A stretch of DNA of 56,327 bases, filler included, from Dirinaria sp. TL-2023a (taxonomy: Eukaryota), in assembly GCA_051941275.1 (NCBI GenBank). It is 6 parts of 6 records of this genome, joined end to end, with 100 filler letters (N's around TTAATTAATTAA, not from the genome) between each part and the next. Parts side by side here need not be neighbours in the genome. Positions count along the whole stretch, not along the records: positions 47,044 to 56,327 come from JAVEBF010001074.1; 5 more parts are not named here. One strand, written 5' to 3'. Under the pieces are notes generated by a model. That model was not told where the DNA came from. It saw nothing but the letters and a program-made list of their open reading frames with translations, and searched no databases. The position numbers and the translations under genes are program-made. Shown in pieces: positions 49,368 through 56,327 of this stretch (its first letter is position 1; every line of letters starts with the position of its first letter).

Positions 49368-52300
49368 CGCCTTGGTTGACAAATGCACTACGTCCGGCTT
49401 CCTCTTGGCATCGAAAAGGATCGGGTTTGGGCGGATCGGGGTTCCGGGGATCGTCGATTTTGGGTTTTCAGCTTGTGCTCCGTGCCTTGCAGCCAGAAGC
49501 TTGAACAGGCGTTTCGAAAATGAATTATTGGGGAATCTGGTATGGGAAGGTATGATGGTAAGGTAGGCTGTGTCATGTTTCATGTTGGGAATAATGGCTT
49601 TTACGGTCGATCATCGGGATGGCCGTACTCTGGATCTGTATTATTTCGTGGATTATTCTCCTGTCAGCACTATCCGGGCGCTATGGTTTGCTTTGGTCGC
49701 TTTCATTGACTAAGGTAATAATGACGGTTCTTGGGTTATCTTAGACTGGATGGGAATTGCATTTGCAACGGATGTTGTGTGGGGGCTGAGGATCTATTCT
49801 TGGGTGCGAGAGTGGGCGGAGGTTTGTCACTAGCTAATACCCGGTGTACAAATACCAGCACATTATTTGATCAGATAATTCGCTACAACGCTTTCGGTTT
49901 ACAGTACAGCACTCAAGCCTCATCGACGTGTAGAAAACCCCGCCGAGTGCATATCTGATGCCGGAATTGAGACTTCTGCACCGCGATGTCGAATAATGAA
50001 TGAAGCGGCTGTGATGCCAAAGTACCAATCGCAGTGTCGCACGGCAAAAGCTTGTTGTTGGTTCCTGCGTTCGAGCTGGACATTGGGCGCTTATAGAACA
50101 GCTCTGCTTGAACCACGACACCCTCATGAGTGTGTTCTCGGCATGCAAAACCAATCAAAACCTACCGTCAGCCCTGAGGCTGGAATCCTTCTGTCATCCG
50201 AGGCATGCGACTTGCGTTAGGGTGTGGGGATAGCGAGGGAGAGCGCAGAGGGCAAAGAGACAACATACTCCGTTCGTTTCCACCAGTCTCCGGACTTTGT
50301 GTGCCTCAGCTTTCATGCATCCTTTTGCAGGGAGCTCGTCAGGATTCGGTGACTATTCCCCAAAGGGGCAAAGTGAGGGATTGCTATGCATGCTGACGCC
50401 TGGTCATATCAATCATGCCTTAATGTTCGGTTGGAGCTGGGACTTGAAGGAAATTTTTTTTCTTCGCGAGGATTCAGCTTTCGGAATACCAGAATCGACT
50501 GTCTTTTCACGTTCCAAGGGTCAGGCACATTATTCCGCCGGCTATATGCATCCATGCTTCGACTATCAGGGAATCCGTCGCAACGGCATAGCAGTCGGAA
50601 TATAGGGCTGTACGGCGGAGCAGAAGCGCTGGCGCCTACGTCTACCGTGTTAAATCTTGGTTCACCAAGTCACAAAGCATAGTCTTTACCATATTGTCGC
50701 TACAACAGAGTCAGTACGCATCAATTGCTGTCTCGCTCCGCATCGCCAACAGCATGTGGAGAGTGGTGAGGCCGCGGGCAATTGGGGAGATGGACTACGT
50801 CAGGGCCCTGGTGCGCATTACAAGTACATTGGATCAGCTGATGCCTCTCATGGCTACAGTACATAAGGTACTGCGAGAGACGATTGGAATGGTTATCTCT
50901 CCCGGACTGCCAAATTATTAACGTAATCACCAAATTTCCACGAGTGCCGTATTAAGGTAGTGTCCACGACACCGGAAACCATACCGAAGGCTGGTGTGGT
51001 TATCATCGCAGACTCAACGGACGGCGAACGCACATTCTTAGTAAGGAGTAGTATCATAAGGTACTCGTACCTTAGCGAGCTTACCTTAGGGTAGCGAGTG
51101 CCGAGATTGCCTCGATTGCCTTTCTAACGGTGAGGAAGCTACTTTAGTCAGGAAAGCTAGTCCGAGAAGCACCTACCGCTGCGACGTCGCAATCTCTTTT
51201 TTACTCGGCGAGAACGGGCTGTCCCGTGGGGTGGCTCGCATAACACCCTGGTAAGTGGTAAGTGGTAAGGTAATTCCGCTGGGTGCCTCTGAGGTCATCA
51301 ATCGCCCATTATTAATTGATGATGGAAGCGGACCGTTTCCCTTGCTAGAGTCTACCTAGGGCACCTTGGAGAGGCTAGGGTCCACCGGTCCCCCATAATC
51401 CATTATTATTGTACTCCGTACACGTTGGTATCCTGGTAGTACTACTTTACATAGTATTTTCCCCGTCGCCCACACTACTACTTCACCGCGGCAAATTAAA
51501 AAGCATCGCCGTTACTTTAGTCTGTGCCTCTGTGAGTCTGTGGCCTATCCGAGGTCAGTGTTCTGTTCCCTGAACCCAGAAGCGGGGAGGGTGCCATGGT
51601 TGCGGGGTCGTGGACAGCACGAGCGACCCGACTGTCTGGTGAAAGTTCACGCACCGCGCTCTCGCCATGTCGTGCCGAACAAAGCAGCATGCTTGGCTGC
51701 TTGCTCTTCCTTCCTCCGGTTCCTGAGGGAATTGACCTGAGATGCGCCAATCGCAGCCGAGTCTCAGAGAAGAAATCGAAACGAGATAAATCCGTCCAAT
51801 CGCAACCCATACCTGCTTTGGCGACATTAGCTCCCTATTCAGGCAGTGGAGCATCCTGATTCCTGGAAGGATCTTGGATGTCTCGGATGCTGATGTACAC
51901 GATTCTTGCCGGTCCAGGTATAGTTGAGATCAGGCGAGGGAATGACGATGTGCAGGGAAGGCTCTCGGATGATTATTGCATCGGTTCACGAGTCTGCCAG
52001 ATTCATTATTCTCCATGGAGGCAGTGCGGAACGAATCGCCGCACCACTTTCTGAGTGGGATAGACGAGACGTGATCGTCAAGCTCCCCGGGGCGGGAATG
52101 CACATCATCAGGGGTGGGTGAGACGGGCCACCGCGAACTTGTTGAAGATATTGGAATAATATGATGTGTCCAGGTGAAGAATCAAGTACCGAAGTAGTAG
52201 CCAAGACGCTGATTACGGTAGTGCAACTTAGCAGCCGGTAGGTGTGCACCCAGTCCTCCGCATTCCATCCCACACTGGATGCTGTGGAAATGGAAATTCG

Positions 52301-54496
52301 CAATACTGCTACTAAGGTGCCCCGATAAGTACCCACTGCAGCACTGCTTGCGGTAGGCGTAGGGAGCGTTTCAGCTAATCGGAAGGCGGCAGCGGCCCTC
52401 CAGTGATGTTGGTGGCAACAGCGGGAAGAACACGTGCAGATGAAGTACATACACTTCTGGTATGATAGTATCCCATCTAACGCTTAGCGGTTACATTGTT
52501 ACCATGGCACCGGTGACTTCGACGAGGTTTCATGTTCTGATCCACGATTACCTTAGCATCAACCCTCTTCCAGCAGCAAAGAGAGACCCTCTCGAGTCTC
52601 GACCCGGAAAGGTCACATAGCGTACGGCTCAAAATGGGCACTGTGAAGCCGCGATTCCGTTCTGCAGCGGCCCACTGCGCTCCGCCCCTTCACTGCCGTC
52701 GAACTACCTTATCATCAAGTGAATGCCAAGTGCTAATGCACGCTTGCAAGACAAAGAGGAAGAAGTAAACAGTGATACTACTCCGTACCGTGATGAGTTC
52801 TGGAAGTCTCGAGGGTATGCACTCTCGGACTTCGGGATTCAGGATCAACAAGGTAGCATCGTGGGGTGCAGGCGATCCCTCGCTCTTACCAGATTCCAAT
52901 ATGCATCCTCCACGTGTGGACAGTTGCGAGTGGGATCTTAGGTGGTTGCAGCAGCATCTGCAGGGTTTAAGCCTACATACACTACATGCGCACAGAAAAC
53001 GTGCCTGCAGACAAAGGTATCCAACGATACCGCGTTGTTTTTCGTTGTCCAAGCCCACGTTTGCTTTAGCGCCACAGATGTCGACGACACGACTTGACTT
53101 TGCATCATTGCGTTCCTTTGGCTTACGAAGCCGAGCCGATTTGGACATCGCCACTGCTAAGAGCCTAAGCCCGCAGATCAGCAGTGCACGGAGCATCCAT
53201 GGCTCCATGCCCGTGGCTTCTTCTACGATCCTCTAGTGGATTATGGATAGCTAAGGTAGCTTAGCCATCCCGAACCTAAATTCGAAGATCCCGTGTGCAC
53301 GACTGCACGTCGAACTCATCATCGTCTTCTTTCTTCAAACCAGCCCACCCAGCTGCGACTTTTTCCAATGTCCTTGGCGCAGATACTCTGTCAACGCTGT
53401 GGACTATCAATCGACGATACCTTAACTCGTCACCTTAACGATCAAAGTCAGCAACAGCGAAGATCATGTACAGCATTACCCTAGTTTTGATCACATCATG
53501 ATGGACATCCTAAGTTTCGAAAACGCATTGATCGGCCGACCTGGGATGAGAGATTCCACTATGGGCGTACAAGTCATACTCTTCAGCTCCCCCTCACTTC
53601 TGAAACTGTCGATCGATACCGGTGTTGTCATGTCGCAGATGCGTTTGGTTGCCTGAACCCTAAGGTACGAGTACTAGTAATACTACAGTATTCTGTAAGG
53701 TAACTCGGGCCCTTACGCTCGTATAATCCTTCCTGAGCCTTTGCCTGGGAGCTGCAGCTGGTCTGCCCCTCTTCAATCTATAACCAATCGCTCTTTCCGG
53801 AGAGTGAGCAGCATGTTGCCTACCTCTTTCGGCAGCGTCATTCTGCGTGTTGTTAACATGTTTCGCATATCTTCCGGTACGTCTGTATGGAGCATGCATT
53901 CCGAGCAACCGGGATGTTCTTGCCACTCCTCAGGATTGGACTGGTCTTCCAGCAAGCACGTAAACTTCATCATCCACAAGTTCTTCAATATGTCAAGACC
54001 TCACATGAAGATTTCCAATTCAACTTCCAGCGTGTTCGACAGAGCATATCAGTTTCCGGATTGCTCGTAATTGAACGCCTCGAAGAGAAGTAGTTACGTA
54101 TATCAACTTTTGCAGTGTTCCCAGACTAAACGGGAATAACATCCCCCCAACCTATGACGGGAAGAGCCGGGACAATACTGTTTCAGCTTTACTCGTCTGA
54201 GGTTGTCGGTTTTTTGTCACTTATATCGCCGGATCTAAGTGTTGCTGATCCAAGGGTAAGTCATTATTATCTGCTTCGTCGCACAAAATCTCCACACTGC
54301 TTCTTCCAGAGATTCGATTGTCAGCCGTTTCAGATTTGCCACAAGGTTCGCTTCGTACCTTGCAGACTGTTCGTTTGTTACGTTATGTCAGGCACTTCTC
54401 GTTCAGCATTCCGAATAAGGCAACCGTGCAGCTAAGATCGTGGCGAGCTTTAAGCGCTGACATGATCGAGACTCAGTGCTTGCTCAATCCTAGTGG

Positions 54497-55660
54497 TTAG
54501 TTTGGAGCGATATCGGCTTGGACGGCCGATCTTCGTCTATGTCTGCTACGTCGAGCTTCGCCCACCATTGAGATCTCGGCCAATAACCGCACGAGGAATT
54601 GATCATGGCAAAGGGCGCTAGAGTCTCGACCTTGAGCAGTATAATGATTTGCCACTGACTCTGACTCTCCGTCGTTCCGTGACTGGAGCTCTTCCCGGGT
54701 TTCCGCAGTGTAGATCCGACCAAGTGCAGCAGCGAGAGTGCGGATATCATGGCCTTCCACTATCTCCATCTCCTTATATTTGAGGATTTTGGGGGCCAAG
54801 TCGTGCCCACAAGCAGCATTTGCAGTCAGTCTGTGGGTGCGCTTGTAGGTCGATTCATTTCTCTGTGAAGTTCTTTTGGTGCTTTGCATTCTCTTTTTCG
54901 TCCTGATTGGCCTCTGTGCGGCCAGAGCTTTCCTGATCTTTCCATGTATCATCTCAACAGAGTATTTGACTCGGCCCGAATACGTTTTGGCCCCCTCCAT
55001 GGGGCTGTACGTGATGAAAGCCTTGAGAGGTGGCTGACTGGCTCGGTTTCATCTTTTGTTGAACGTGACACAACATATCGTTCCCTATACCAAGGACCTG
55101 GCCAGGTCCTGCATAATATGTTCTCTATACCTTTTATGCAGGAGTAGAAGAGCATGCCCTTCACGGCACTACTTCTGCACATGGCGTTCCTTCTTGTCTC
55201 GGGTAAGCTACATTCGAATTAAGGCAATCTGCGAACTACTTCTACTTTGACGGCCGCGTATGACTGAGAACGTTCTCGAGATCTCGATCCCCATCAACAA
55301 GACTGCATAGTAAGAAGGCATTATACCCCAGGGTGCCCCAAGGAGTGCACCCTCCAGTACGAGCAGTTGCTCCTCATTGCACTGCCTCCAATCTAGAAGC
55401 TCAATGTCCTCTAGCAAAAGCAATATCTGTGGTACGAGTGAGCCAGCCCGAGCTCGGAGAAGCTCCGTCAGCGGGCCGTTTGAGGTTCTGCAAAATTCCG
55501 CGAACAGACGCCTACTGCAGAACGGAATCACTGGAGTTGCTACAGAAGACGAGAACATGAAGAGAGATCTGCGGTGGATGGGGTTCTTGCTCGTGGCCCT
55601 CAGGACTGCGTGCCGGTAACGTCCGAGGACTTTTGCCACATTGATATCGTCATCATACAA
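54497..55660 (-). pseudogene. Degenerate gene relic of unknown family
   Basis: ORFs 55208-55660 and 54497-55000 share one frame, separated by a few stops; protein-like text (RRLFAEFCRTSNGPLTELLRARAGSL). Confidence 0.35.
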
Positions 55661-56327
55661 AATCTGTCCTCAGCATGATACGGTGGAAAATCCCTCATGC
55701 TTCGAGGCAGACCGATCCATGGCTAAGGATTTGCATCCTCGATATCACCAACACAAAGCAATATAATATTAGGGGAAAGGTATAAACAGTCGGGCCATGG
55801 AAAACATCATTTCACATACTGATACGTTGGACTATTGTTCCATTATCTATCGCCTTACGTATCCCGTCCCACAATCAATCCCTCGCAAGAATCATAAGTT
55901 TGACTCTATGGAACCCCCTTGGCTAAACAGAGCACGTTCCATGTAAACAATTGCCTTGCGTGTATGATGTACCGTGGCATAAATCAATCGCCTTGCAAGA
56001 AATAAAGCTGTCTGGCTCTATGAAAAAACCCTCCAGCATAACCAGACCAGACCATGGTCCAATTGTCTATTGCCTAGCAGAATAATTCCCTCGCACGACA
56101 TGAAAAAATATGACCGTGACCGATTAATGGTATTCCCCCCACAATTCTTCGAAATCATCTATAAACATCATTTTTTTTCTTCGTAGAAAAGCGGTCATCT
56201 AGATTTGTCCTGTCCTGTCCTGTCATCTCATCGCATCGCATATATTCCCCCCCTCCCCCTCGTGAAAAAAACATTCTTTATCCTCTTTTCCACTATCATC
56301 TTACACTCCCGTATATCGACATGACAT

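Overview
Eukaryotic DNA from a filamentous ascomycete (short GT-AG introns with CTRAY branch sites, Zn2Cys6 factor, Shr3, Sen15); a lichen-forming lineage is a weak guess. The window is not one locus. It is six contigs of 9321, 9309, 9308, 9307, 9298 and 9284 bp, in descending size order, joined by artificial 100-nt spacers (44 N + TTAATTAATTAA + 44 N), so synteny across spacers means nothing. Recognisable genes: P-loop/AAA ATPase, Sen15, DUF2985 membrane protein, NYN/PIN-like protein (GC-AG intron), delta-8 sphingolipid desaturase, PGM2/Pgm3-type phosphomutase, DxD type II membrane protein, flavocytochrome b2 with a PTS1-like end, Shr3, Zn2Cys6 and C2H2 transcription factors, and a DenD-like dehydrogenase. 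Most interesting: (i) a head-to-head pair of a trypsin-like serine protease and a C-terminal-TM protein, each disrupted by one lesion; (ii) a candidate sugar-acid catabolism cluster; (iii) a solo gag-like ORF of the DIRS/Ngaro type inside a gene-relic-rich contig; (iv) two small spliced genes not recovered intact by the ORF track; (v) a tandemly duplicated exon cassette. No CRISPR, rRNA or tRNA was recognised. Family assignments rest on recalled motifs, not database searches.
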